Positions 48,961 to 56,395 of a stretch of 64,000 nucleotides of DNA are shown here, piece by piece. The notes beneath the pieces are model-generated. The model made no database searches. It worked only from the letters and a program-made list of their open reading frames with translations, and was not told the origin of the DNA. The DNA lies in contig JAWCLG010000003.1 in NCBI GenBank assembly GCA_038851075.1, forward strand, positions 33,820 through 97,819, in the 5' to 3' direction. The stretch is from Candidatus Hadarchaeales archaeon (GTDB lineage: Archaea > Hadarchaeota > Hadarchaeia > Hadarchaeales > Hadarchaeaceae). Made by a program: the position numbers and the translations under genes. Position 1 is the first letter of the stretch, and every line of letters starts with the position of its first letter.

Positions 48961-49485
48961 ATGTGGATGAAGGAACTTTTTAACTCTAAATTCGAGGAAA
49001 TAAAACAGTTCCTAACCGAAACATTCAAGATCGCTGCAATTTTTTCAATCGTTTTCTTTTCAATTCATATATCCTTAATTATAGCACTCCACAACAATAA
49101 CCCTGCCTTTGTTGTTACATCAAACAGCATGTTACATCAAAACGAATCCTGGAGAGATTACTACACTGCGATGGGTATAGACACTTCAAATTTCCCCATC
49201 CAAGGAGGATTCGCACGTGGCGATATTTTATTGGCCGAAGGGGTTAACCCAAACAACATTGCGGTTGGTGACGTGATAATCTTTGAAGCCAGCGGCACCG
49301 AAATCGCGCACAGAGTTGTTGAGATAAGCTTCTCAGATAACAAACCTAAATTCAAAACAAAGGGCGATGCAAATATGTATTCTGCATGGTCTGAATCCTC
49401 AATTTTTCCAGAAAACATAAAGGGCAGAGTAGTTTTTGTACTCCCAAAGATTGGACATATCTTCCTTTGGTTAAGCGGAAAATAA
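48961..49485 (+). CDS. Signal peptidase I, archaeal/ER (S26B, Sec11/SipW) type
   Basis: N-terminal TM helix, then box B TSNSM (Ser), GDILL and GDVIIF, box D IAHRVV (His instead of Lys) and box E KGDAN. There is an unusual ~25-aa insertion between box B and GD. Confidence 0.75.
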   Translation: MWMKELFNSKFEEIKQFLTETFKIAAIFSIVFFSIHISLIIALHNNNPAFVVTSNSMLHQNESWRDYYTAMGIDTSNFPIQGGFARGDILLAEGVNPNNIAVGDVIIFEASGTEIAHRVVEISFSDNKPKFKTKGDANMYSAWSESSIFPENIKGRVVFVLPKIGHIFLWLSGK

Positions 49486-49527
49486 ATCAGCACGACTGAA
49501 TTCTTATGCGTTCGCAACTGCCCAAAC

Positions 49528-50169
49528 TTAATAGCGAGTCCACCGGATATAATCAATGTAAAAAGTGACTGGAAAAACTGGTGTGCCTCCGTAAATCGTG
49601 CACATAAAAGGAGAAGTAACATTACTCAAATTGCTGGTGAAATCTGAAACCGGAATGGATATCTCCTGCCATTCAAAATCGCCGTTCCACCCGTAAGCAC
49701 TAATCCATTTGGAACATTTCATATCGGATGCGGTTATCTCAATCCTCAGATCTTTTCGAGTCAGGACCCAGAACTTCAGATGCCCTCCAGCATAAGGTGA
49801 CATGTCGCGCCCGTCCCAGAAGTAGCCCCAACCCGCTGAGTCCGAAGTTATGGTCTTAAAACATATCTGACCCTCAGGAACTCCAATTTCCCCACATTGT
49901 GAATTGAAGTAGCCTTCTCCCCACGTGTATATATGGCTGTTTGGACCCCAGCCTGCAAATCCTGCGTCGCTGTAAATCACAAACTCTTCAGGAGACGATG
50001 GTTCTGTGACATTAACTGTAAGAATTCCTCTGCCCACGATTATTGATGCAGCTGTATAACTCACTGTCAAAGACACGGCGAATACTAAAACTAGAAAAAG
50101 AAAACGGCCTAAAGACCTGAATGCCCCACGACCCCAGTCAGTTTTTTTTGCCAAACTCTTTGCCTCCAC
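49528..50169 (-). CDS. Signal-anchored stand-alone 'module A' protein
   Basis: 213 aa, consisting of an anchor plus FVIYSDAGFAGWG...PEGQICFKT...AGWGYF...LKFWVLTRKDLRIEI...WQEISIPVSDF...FYIDYIRW. This aligns with the C-termini of the 42245 and 46241 ORFs. Confidence 0.55.
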   Translation of the reverse strand: MEAKSLAKKTDWGRGAFRSLGRFLFLVLVFAVSLTVSYTAASIIVGRGILTVNVTEPSSPEEFVIYSDAGFAGWGPNSHIYTWGEGYFNSQCGEIGVPEGQICFKTITSDSAGWGYFWDGRDMSPYAGGHLKFWVLTRKDLRIEITASDMKCSKWISAYGWNGDFEWQEISIPVSDFTSNLSNVTSPFMCTIYGGTPVFPVTFYIDYIRWTRY

Positions 50170-50194
50170 TATTATATTTGCTTCCTCCTACAAT

Positions 50195-50230
50195 AAAAAA
50201 TAATTCAAAGCGGGAGATGAACTCTCCCGC
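50195..50230 (-). terminator. Hairpin plus oligo-T terminator-like element downstream of the 50253..50753 ORF
   Basis: A perfect 8-bp stem GCGGGAGA/TCTCCCGC with a 5-nt loop lies at 50210..50230. On the minus strand it is followed by TTTGAATTATTTTTT. Confidence 0.5.
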
Positions 50231-50252
50231 CGCTTGCATTGGGCAATCCCGC

Positions 50253-50753
50253 CTATTCCTGGTTGACGTCAAAGTACAGCGTTGACTGGAAGCCCTGCCC
50301 CACAGTATTGTAGTGGCCGACCTGTACCTTGAGTATAATGTAGCTGTTTCCACCGATGCTGAAGGTTCCATGAGACTGACCACCACTGTAGAGATCAGTT
50401 CCATCTAGTTTCCACACGTTCATCCATACTCTATCACCGCCGCCTGAGACGAACAGATTCGACATCACTGAGCTTCCGGTGTTCCTCAATTTGACATAGC
50501 AGGTCGCACTGGTTCCCTGGGGGATCTGCACGCTTGTTATCTCCTGGGTTGCATTCTGGTCGCTGTAGAATTTGACTTCTATAGCAGTGGGTGGCGCAAC
50601 AACCGTAATGCCAAGCGTTCCTTGACCAACTACCACGGATGCGGCCACATAACTGCCAGCTGCTGCAATTGCTATAAGGCTAACAAGAAGTGCTCCCACG
50701 ATCGCCCGAGAGGTGCCCCTTGCGCTGCTTTCCAGCAACCATTCATCACTCAT
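50253..50753 (-). CDS. Small signal-anchored beta-rich protein of unknown family
   Basis: 166 aa with a strong GGAGGT Shine-Dalgarno 8-10 nt upstream. After the TM segment, the motif SYVAASVVVGQGTLGITV is shared with the 49528 ORF (SYTAASIIVGRGILTVNV). Confidence 0.45.
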   Translation of the reverse strand: MSDEWLLESSARGTSRAIVGALLVSLIAIAAAGSYVAASVVVGQGTLGITVVAPPTAIEVKFYSDQNATQEITSVQIPQGTSATCYVKLRNTGSSVMSNLFVSGGGDRVWMNVWKLDGTDLYSGGQSHGTFSIGGNSYIILKVQVGHYNTVGQGFQSTLYFDVNQE

Positions 50754-50818
50754 TTTCTTTTACCTCCTTTTTTATTTTTTCGATTAAGTCTATGATAAAA
50801 ACATTTAATATGAGTTTA

Positions 50819-50880
50819 CCCTAATTTTGAGCTAATTTTGACAATTTTGGTTAATTTTGAAATAGTTTTGACGATTTCGA
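50819..50880 (-). promoter_or_regulatory. Phased array of about 5 YCAAAATTA half-sites (11-bp period) upstream of the 50753 start
   Basis: The minus strand reads CGTCAAAACTAT TTCAAAATTAA CCAAAATT GTCAAAATTAG CTCAAAATTAG GG. The last 24 nt differ at one position from GTCAAAATTAGCCCAAAATTAGGG at 56247..56270. Confidence 0.6.
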
Positions 50881-50935
50881 GTTTATCTAAAAACTTACCC
50901 AGCGCTCTTTGAAATAAATTTCCAGACACAAAAAA

Positions 50936-53365
50936 TTAACCCATCAAGACTCTCACAGAGTGTACCTTCCCATCTCGATGAGGCATTATAATATTGCCCT
51001 CCAGCTCCTCCCCATCAACGTGAATTTCCTTCACTCCACGCTGTACTCCACTTGGGTTTTCAATGGATATGTTATACGACGCCCCCCTGAAAGGCCTCGT
51101 TATCGAACATTTTTTCCATTTTGATGGTATACATGGGTCAATTCTAAGACCCTGATAATCTGGTTTTACACCTAGCATGTGCTCACACATGACTTGAAAA
51201 CTCCATCCTGCAGTTCCAGTTACCCATGTATATGCGCCTCGGCCCGAATCGTAAGGGTGCTCTGGCCCGATAAGATACTCTGCGAAAACATAAGGTTCCG
51301 CCTTGTATCGTCTTTGCTCCTGTTTGCAGGGCATTATCTTGCAGAGACGCCTATATGCAACATCTCCTCTGCCAAGCATGCAATCTGCAGCTATCATAAA
51401 CGCGTTTGCGTGACAAAATATCGCAGCGTTTTCCTTTGTTCCTCTGGCAAACGCTGTTATCCTCCCTATTCTAGGGTCTGTAGAAGTGTACGCAGGATAG
51501 AAAAGCACCAGACCGTTATCCTTCTCTAGATATTTATCAACCGAAGCAGTCAATTTTTTGATTCTCTCTGGCGGGACCACTCCGGAAAGTATCGCCCAGG
51601 ACTGTGGATTCAGATATATTTTTCCTTCTTTATTTGCGGATGAACCAAAAGGCTCTCCATCATCGGTGAAACCCCTCAAATACCACTCTCCGTCCCAGCC
51701 CACTTTGTTTATCCTTCGCGTCATTTCGTCAGCCTTTTTTATTAGATCGGTGGAGATTTCCTTTTCATTGATTAGAACCGCGAGATCTGCCGCTATCTTA
51801 AGAGATCTTACAAGCGCCATTGCAAGCCAGACGCTTTCCCCAACACCCCTCCTGCCAACCATATCCAGAGCATCGTTCCAGTCCGCCTCCCCGATTCTTG
51901 GCAAACCATGATCACTAACATCGTTGAACGTGTAGTTCAGCTGGGCTAGCATATGCTCGAATATAGTTCCTTCTCCGTCCTCAGTGGCTCCTTTGTGCCA
52001 GTTAGGATCCCTTATCGTTCCACCCATCCTCCATGCGTCCCTTAGCCAAGGTGCTTTTTGCATGAGAAAATTAACGTCTCCTGTCTCCTTCACGTAGGAC
52101 GCCACGGAAGGGGTGAACCATATCGGATGATCCTTGTACGGCTTCTGCGGGAACGGTCCATAAGTATCAGACCACCCCGGAGCGCATGTGCCATCTCTCC
52201 TTATTATTGAAGCTATTTTCAATAATTTTTCTCTGGCATGAAGTACATCTACTGCGAGCAGGGCTTGGGCATCCTGACAGGAATCGCGGTATCCTCTACC
52301 TCCCTGCCCCTCGTGGTAGTATGATGGAGATCTGCTCCAGTAATTGCATACGTAAAGTTGGTATTTCGTCCATATGTTAGCCATGATGTCAAAATCAGAG
52401 TCTGGAGTGCTGACAGCTATTTTACCTAGACGCTCTCTCCAAGTTTTTTTGACCTCATCCAGCTCACTTTCCACATTTTTTAAGTCATAGTATTTTTTAA
52501 GTGTCATAACCGCTTTTTCCTCGCCTTCGGTTTCACCCACAACAAAAACTATAATCCTCTCTTCTCCGGGAGCAAGCGCAATGTTATGCTGCAAGACACC
52601 GATAGCTTCATTGCCCTCGCAAAGGCTCTGGTTGCATTTTCCTCTGAAAATCGACTCGGGCTTTTCCTCGTTATTATAAAGTCCCAAGAACTTATGTTTA
52701 TGACAGTCCCAACCATCGACCTTAGATGGTGTTCCAATGAAAGCGATCAGCGGATTCGATGAAACTGGCAGTTGCTCGTAGACCGCCTGCCCGAAAACCA
52801 GCGTCTTTTTGGCAAAAATAGCGTTCGCATTTTTTTCAAACCATGCTCTATTATACAGTATTGCTATGTTGTGGAAGTTCATCTCAACGTTGTCCCCAAG
52901 CATCCACTCAAGATAGCTGAACACGCTTAAATTCCGTTTTTTCTTTGATTTGTTTTTTATTCTTACCCTCCATATTTCACATGTATCTACTCTGGGGACG
53001 AAGTAGGTTACCTCACCATATATGCCCCCTGAGGATGAGGAGATAACCTGATACCCTAAACCGACCCTAGCTTCAAATTTATCTAAAGCCCTCCTCAAAG
53101 GTTGCCAAGTTATGCTAAAAACTTCTCCGCTGTCTCTATCTCGAATAAAAACATAACGCCCCGGTCTGTCCGTCCATAGATCCCTGCCCACCCAATAAAG
53201 TATTCGATCTGTTTTTGGGTCTTTATAAAAGCTGTACCCGCCACCTGTGTGCGATATAACCGCGCAATACTTCTCGTTCGTCAAAAAATTTACCCATGGG
53301 GCAGGGAGATCCGGTCTGTTTATAATATATTCATAATTATCTTTGCTAAATCTCCCATATTTCAT
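50936..53365 (-). CDS. GH94-family glycoside phosphorylase (cellobiose/cellodextrin/chitobiose/laminaribiose phosphorylase-like), cytoplasmic
   Basis: MKYGRFSKDNYEYIINRPDLPAPWVNFLTNEKYCAVISHTGGGYSFYKDPKTDRILYW is the characteristic GH94 N-terminus. The protein is ~809 aa with no signal sequence. I chose the start at M13 of the track ORF. Confidence 0.88.
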   Translation of the reverse strand: MKYGRFSKDNYEYIINRPDLPAPWVNFLTNEKYCAVISHTGGGYSFYKDPKTDRILYWVGRDLWTDRPGRYVFIRDRDSGEVFSITWQPLRRALDKFEARVGLGYQVISSSSGGIYGEVTYFVPRVDTCEIWRVRIKNKSKKKRNLSVFSYLEWMLGDNVEMNFHNIAILYNRAWFEKNANAIFAKKTLVFGQAVYEQLPVSSNPLIAFIGTPSKVDGWDCHKHKFLGLYNNEEKPESIFRGKCNQSLCEGNEAIGVLQHNIALAPGEERIIVFVVGETEGEEKAVMTLKKYYDLKNVESELDEVKKTWRERLGKIAVSTPDSDFDIMANIWTKYQLYVCNYWSRSPSYYHEGQGGRGYRDSCQDAQALLAVDVLHAREKLLKIASIIRRDGTCAPGWSDTYGPFPQKPYKDHPIWFTPSVASYVKETGDVNFLMQKAPWLRDAWRMGGTIRDPNWHKGATEDGEGTIFEHMLAQLNYTFNDVSDHGLPRIGEADWNDALDMVGRRGVGESVWLAMALVRSLKIAADLAVLINEKEISTDLIKKADEMTRRINKVGWDGEWYLRGFTDDGEPFGSSANKEGKIYLNPQSWAILSGVVPPERIKKLTASVDKYLEKDNGLVLFYPAYTSTDPRIGRITAFARGTKENAAIFCHANAFMIAADCMLGRGDVAYRRLCKIMPCKQEQRRYKAEPYVFAEYLIGPEHPYDSGRGAYTWVTGTAGWSFQVMCEHMLGVKPDYQGLRIDPCIPSKWKKCSITRPFRGASYNISIENPSGVQRGVKEIHVDGEELEGNIIMPHRDGKVHSVRVLMG

Positions 53366-53607
53366 TTTCAGCCACTCTCCTTTTTTTGATCTATTTCTCA
53401 CAGATTAAATCAGTACAGGATAAAAATATAACCCATAGTGCACAGTTTTAGAGTACTGGGGCAGTAAATTGCACAAACATGAGAAAAACCCGTTGATCAT
53501 GTTTTTTCACTGCCTCGCAGGCGACCTGCAGGCTACGCTCGAACTTGCTCAGCCTGTTTATCCTGAGACAAATGGTCTACGGTGGTTCAACCCTTATCCT
53601 CACATAA

Positions 53608-53621
53608 GGTCAAAGTTATGC
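53608..53621 (+). promoter_or_regulatory. Degenerate copy of the locus motif upstream of the 53669 ORF
   Basis: GGTCAAAGTTATGC versus GGTCAAAATTAGCC, about 50 nt upstream of the ATG and in the same orientation relative to the gene. Confidence 0.3.
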
Positions 53622-53668
53622 AACGTATCATTTTTATAGCAACATACTTAAAGATATTATGAAAACAT

Positions 53669-54571
53669 ATGGATAACGTTCAAGAGTGGTTAGAACCAAC
53701 AAAAAAAATACCTACTGCAATAGTAACTGTTATAATTTTGATTATTTGTGTTGCCTCTGCTTTTACAGTTATAATCATTTTCACACCAAAAGCTGCAGAC
53801 AATGGTTCCACAGGTAGTGGTGGAGGTAATGGAACGGCAAGCCAAAATATGCCACCTACGGCCATGTTTACTTACTCACCGAGTTCCCCAACTGTGGACG
53901 ACGATGTATTCTTCATTAATATGTCCACTGACATCGATGGCACAATCATAAGCTACAGCTGGAACTTTGGGGATGGAAATACAAGCACGGATCAAAATCC
54001 CATTCACAAATATTCTACAGCTGGTACTTACTCTGTTAGACTCACCGTAACAGACAACGGTGGGAAAACGGGGGATTATGAGAAATCAATAACTATTGGA
54101 GGAACCGGAGAAAACGTCTTCCAAGACTTCGAGTTAAACAACGGCACACCAGGAGCATATTTCTATAACGCTTGGAGAGCAAGCTCCGCATTTGAAACAA
54201 ATATAGTGCAGGGAGGGATCAGATCTGTGAAGTTTGTGGTACCCCCACCAGATAATCAGAATAATGGCGCCACTCTCGGGATAAATGTCGCCTCACCAAC
54301 TGGGACAATCGACCTCACTAATGCAACGAATATTTCACTATGGGTTTATGATACTCAAGGGAACAATACCATAGAACTCAAACTTAAAGACAAAAATGGA
54401 ACCCTCGGTCCAGGCATTTGGTCAAGCTTGTCGTCTGTATGGAACACTTGGACAAAGATAACTTGGAACATCAGCGAATATCAGGGTGTCGATATGAGCC
54501 AGATCGCAGCAATAGAACTTTATGAGTGGAATGGGGGCACATACTACTTTGATACTATTGCATACAAATGA
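53669..54571 (+). CDS. Signal-anchored PKD-domain protein with a C-terminal CBM-like beta-sandwich (third type)
   Basis: The PKD signature is FTYSPSSPTVDDDVFFINMSTDIDGTIISYSWNFGDGNTSTDQNPIHKYSTAGTYSVRLTVTD. The C-terminus carries TNISLWVYDTQGNNTIELKLKD...WTKITWNISEY...YYFDTIAY. Confidence 0.6.
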   Translation: MDNVQEWLEPTKKIPTAIVTVIILIICVASAFTVIIIFTPKAADNGSTGSGGGNGTASQNMPPTAMFTYSPSSPTVDDDVFFINMSTDIDGTIISYSWNFGDGNTSTDQNPIHKYSTAGTYSVRLTVTDNGGKTGDYEKSITIGGTGENVFQDFELNNGTPGAYFYNAWRASSAFETNIVQGGIRSVKFVVPPPDNQNNGATLGINVASPTGTIDLTNATNISLWVYDTQGNNTIELKLKDKNGTLGPGIWSSLSSVWNTWTKITWNISEYQGVDMSQIAAIELYEWNGGTYYFDTIAYK

Positions 54572-54856
54572 TGCATCCCTACGATTCTAACGTCTTTACA
54601 TTTCACCAGTATTTATTAAAAGCTACGCCAAACCCGATTATTCGCCGCAAACTTTGGTAGAAAAATAATCACGACACCTTCACACGAATCAGCTACATAT
54701 TTACAAAAATAAAACTGGAAAATTCATGTATACAAGACACTTCAAAAAAACCTGTCGTCCCCTATTTGAAATAGCTCCACCAATCAGGATGTTTTTTTCA
54801 TGGATTCGGTTTTATGAACCAGATTGTACTAAAAAGAGACCGGGAAGGCATCCGGC

Positions 54857-56098
54857 CTAATATTTTACCTGGCTTTTTACATGAGTAACGTTTCTAATAT
54901 TTTTTATCTCTTGCAAGATTGAAGGTGACTTTTCAAGAGCCACGCCCTTCATTATTTTTATATCATCCAACATGTGCCAATTGGTCTGACCGCCAGTGCT
55001 GGCTGAAAATCCGATTCCGTCATACGCTCGTTCTATTTTTCCGCTCCATTCCAGAACTTTATTCTCATCGATATGGACTGTCACAGCAGAGTCCTCAACT
55101 ATAACTTTTACATAGTGCCATTTAGAATCGACAACCCTGGGCTCTTCCACGTACTCAAGGTGATTTTTTGGATGGTTTTTGATAAGCGCAAGATGAGGAT
55201 ATGGAGGATCTCCGTAATCTACGTTTTGTACTCCATCAAACTCTATCCCATATCCTGGAATTGGAGCAACTCCAGACACAAAACCCAAGTTTCCACCGTC
55301 ACACGGCCAATAGTTTTTTTTCTTGTAAAACATGAAAACAAAACCATCGCCTCCACTACCGCCTCCGATCTTGTATTTGAAATCCGCAATGAATGGAGAT
55401 TTTATTCCTTTTTTAAGCCACATTATCCCGGCCTGCCATTCCTGATTTTTTGTGAGAACAACACATTTTTTAGAAATGTCATAATATGCATCGCGCACCA
55501 TAATCCACATCCTCTTATTAATATTGGTAGACTTTGCCTCAAGCAAAGATTGTACGTCAACTGTACCGCTTGAGATGTTGTTGATTATGTTTGTGTAGTT
55601 TATACGCAGCACTGGGGTTTCTCTTAATTGGAACGTTTCAAGTGTACAGACTCTTTTCATAAAATACTCGGAAAAAGATTCATTTTCTTTTGAGGATAAT
55701 ATATCTGGATCCTCCTCAGCCTTTGGGATGTATTTCAGATATGTGAGAAGATCGTTTATTTCCATTTCCTTAAACTCGCCATTTAGATCCTTGACTTTTA
55801 TTATTTCTCTGCCCAGCCTTTCTTTTATAGTTCGATATGCTGAAAGTCCCTCATCAGTAAGGAAATAAACATTCTTAAATCTGCCAGTGCTTCTTGAGAA
55901 TTTTCTGTCGTGCGCGACCAGTTTATTTTTTTCCAGTTCCTTTATGGTTGTTGATATTCGCTCCAGAGACATATTAATATTTTCAGCGATACCTGCTTGT
56001 GTCAAAGAATGAGGAAACTCATCATTATAACTCCTGACGATATCCCTATTGTCACCTAGATAGATGATTATCTTTTCATCTAACCGTATGGTTAACAT
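54857..56098 (-). CDS. Putative transcription regulator: N-terminal winged helix plus C-terminal L-type (legume-like) lectin / ConA-like domain
   Basis: The N-terminus LTQAGIAENINMSLERISTTIKELEKNKLVAHDR...YFLTDEGL is wHTH. The C-terminus aligns to L-type lectin blocks: GDGFVFMF (ADGxAFF), GGNLGF, GYGIEFDGVQN...DPPYPHLALIKN (VAVEFDT.QN..DP...HIGIDVN) and GIGFSASTGGQTNWHML (VGFSAxTG....H.I). There is no signal peptide or TM segment. Confidence 0.65.
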   Translation of the reverse strand: MLTIRLDEKIIIYLGDNRDIVRSYNDEFPHSLTQAGIAENINMSLERISTTIKELEKNKLVAHDRKFSRSTGRFKNVYFLTDEGLSAYRTIKERLGREIIKVKDLNGEFKEMEINDLLTYLKYIPKAEEDPDILSSKENESFSEYFMKRVCTLETFQLRETPVLRINYTNIINNISSGTVDVQSLLEAKSTNINKRMWIMVRDAYYDISKKCVVLTKNQEWQAGIMWLKKGIKSPFIADFKYKIGGGSGGDGFVFMFYKKKNYWPCDGGNLGFVSGVAPIPGYGIEFDGVQNVDYGDPPYPHLALIKNHPKNHLEYVEEPRVVDSKWHYVKVIVEDSAVTVHIDENKVLEWSGKIERAYDGIGFSASTGGQTNWHMLDDIKIMKGVALEKSPSILQEIKNIRNVTHVKSQVKY

Positions 56099-56175
56099 TA
56101 CACCCCTATTTTAATATATATTTCTCTCTTTTATTTAAATATTTTTCGCTTTAAAGTTTTTTAATTATTTTTTTT

Positions 56176-56185
56176 TAATTTTGGG
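56176..56185 (-). promoter_or_regulatory. Inverted half-site of the locus motif on the regulator side of the divergent promoter region
   Basis: The plus strand TAATTTTGGG equals CCCAAAATTA on the minus strand, so it is co-oriented with the regulator gene. Confidence 0.35.
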
Positions 56186-56244
56186 ATTTTTAAAAACCTT
56201 AAATTTCTAATTATTTAAAAAAATAATTTTTTTAATATCACTAT

Positions 56245-56270
56245 TGGTCAAAATTAGCCCAAAATTAGGG
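56245..56270 (+). promoter_or_regulatory. Locus motif copy 1 (candidate operator) in the regulator/GH26 divergent region
   Basis: TGGTCAAAATTAGCCCAAAATTAGGG contains two YCAAAATTAG units 11 bp apart. Confidence 0.6.
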
Positions 56271-56286
56271 CGTATTTACCAAAAAC

Positions 56287-56308
56287 TGGTCAAAATTAGC
56301 CCAAAATT
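56287..56308 (+). promoter_or_regulatory. Locus motif copy 2, exact 22-bp direct repeat of copy 1
   Basis: TGGTCAAAATTAGCCCAAAATT is identical to 56245..56266. The start-to-start spacing is 42 bp. Confidence 0.6.
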
Positions 56309-56369
56309 TACAAGGGTTAACATCCCTATTAAAAGCAAGTAGCAGTTGCTCGCGTCAGAATTCCCAAAG

Positions 56370-56377
56370 TTTAAATA
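56370..56377 (+). promoter_or_regulatory. Candidate TATA box of the GH26-ABC operon
   Basis: TTTAAATA matches the archaeal TTTAWATA consensus and is preceded by the purine-rich CCAAAG. It lies only ~19-31 nt from the possible starts (TTG 56396, GTG 56408), which suggests a leaderless or very short-leader mRNA. Confidence 0.5.
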
Positions 56378-56395
56378 AAAACAGGGACACCAGTA

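Noticed and set aside
50819-56308. Possibility that the AAAATTAG-type repeats are a CRISPR array or a mobile-element terminal repeat
   Set aside because: The units are only 8-11 bp with no spacers of CRISPR size. The copies sit in promoter regions in a fixed orientation relative to genes, and no cas or transposase genes are nearby.
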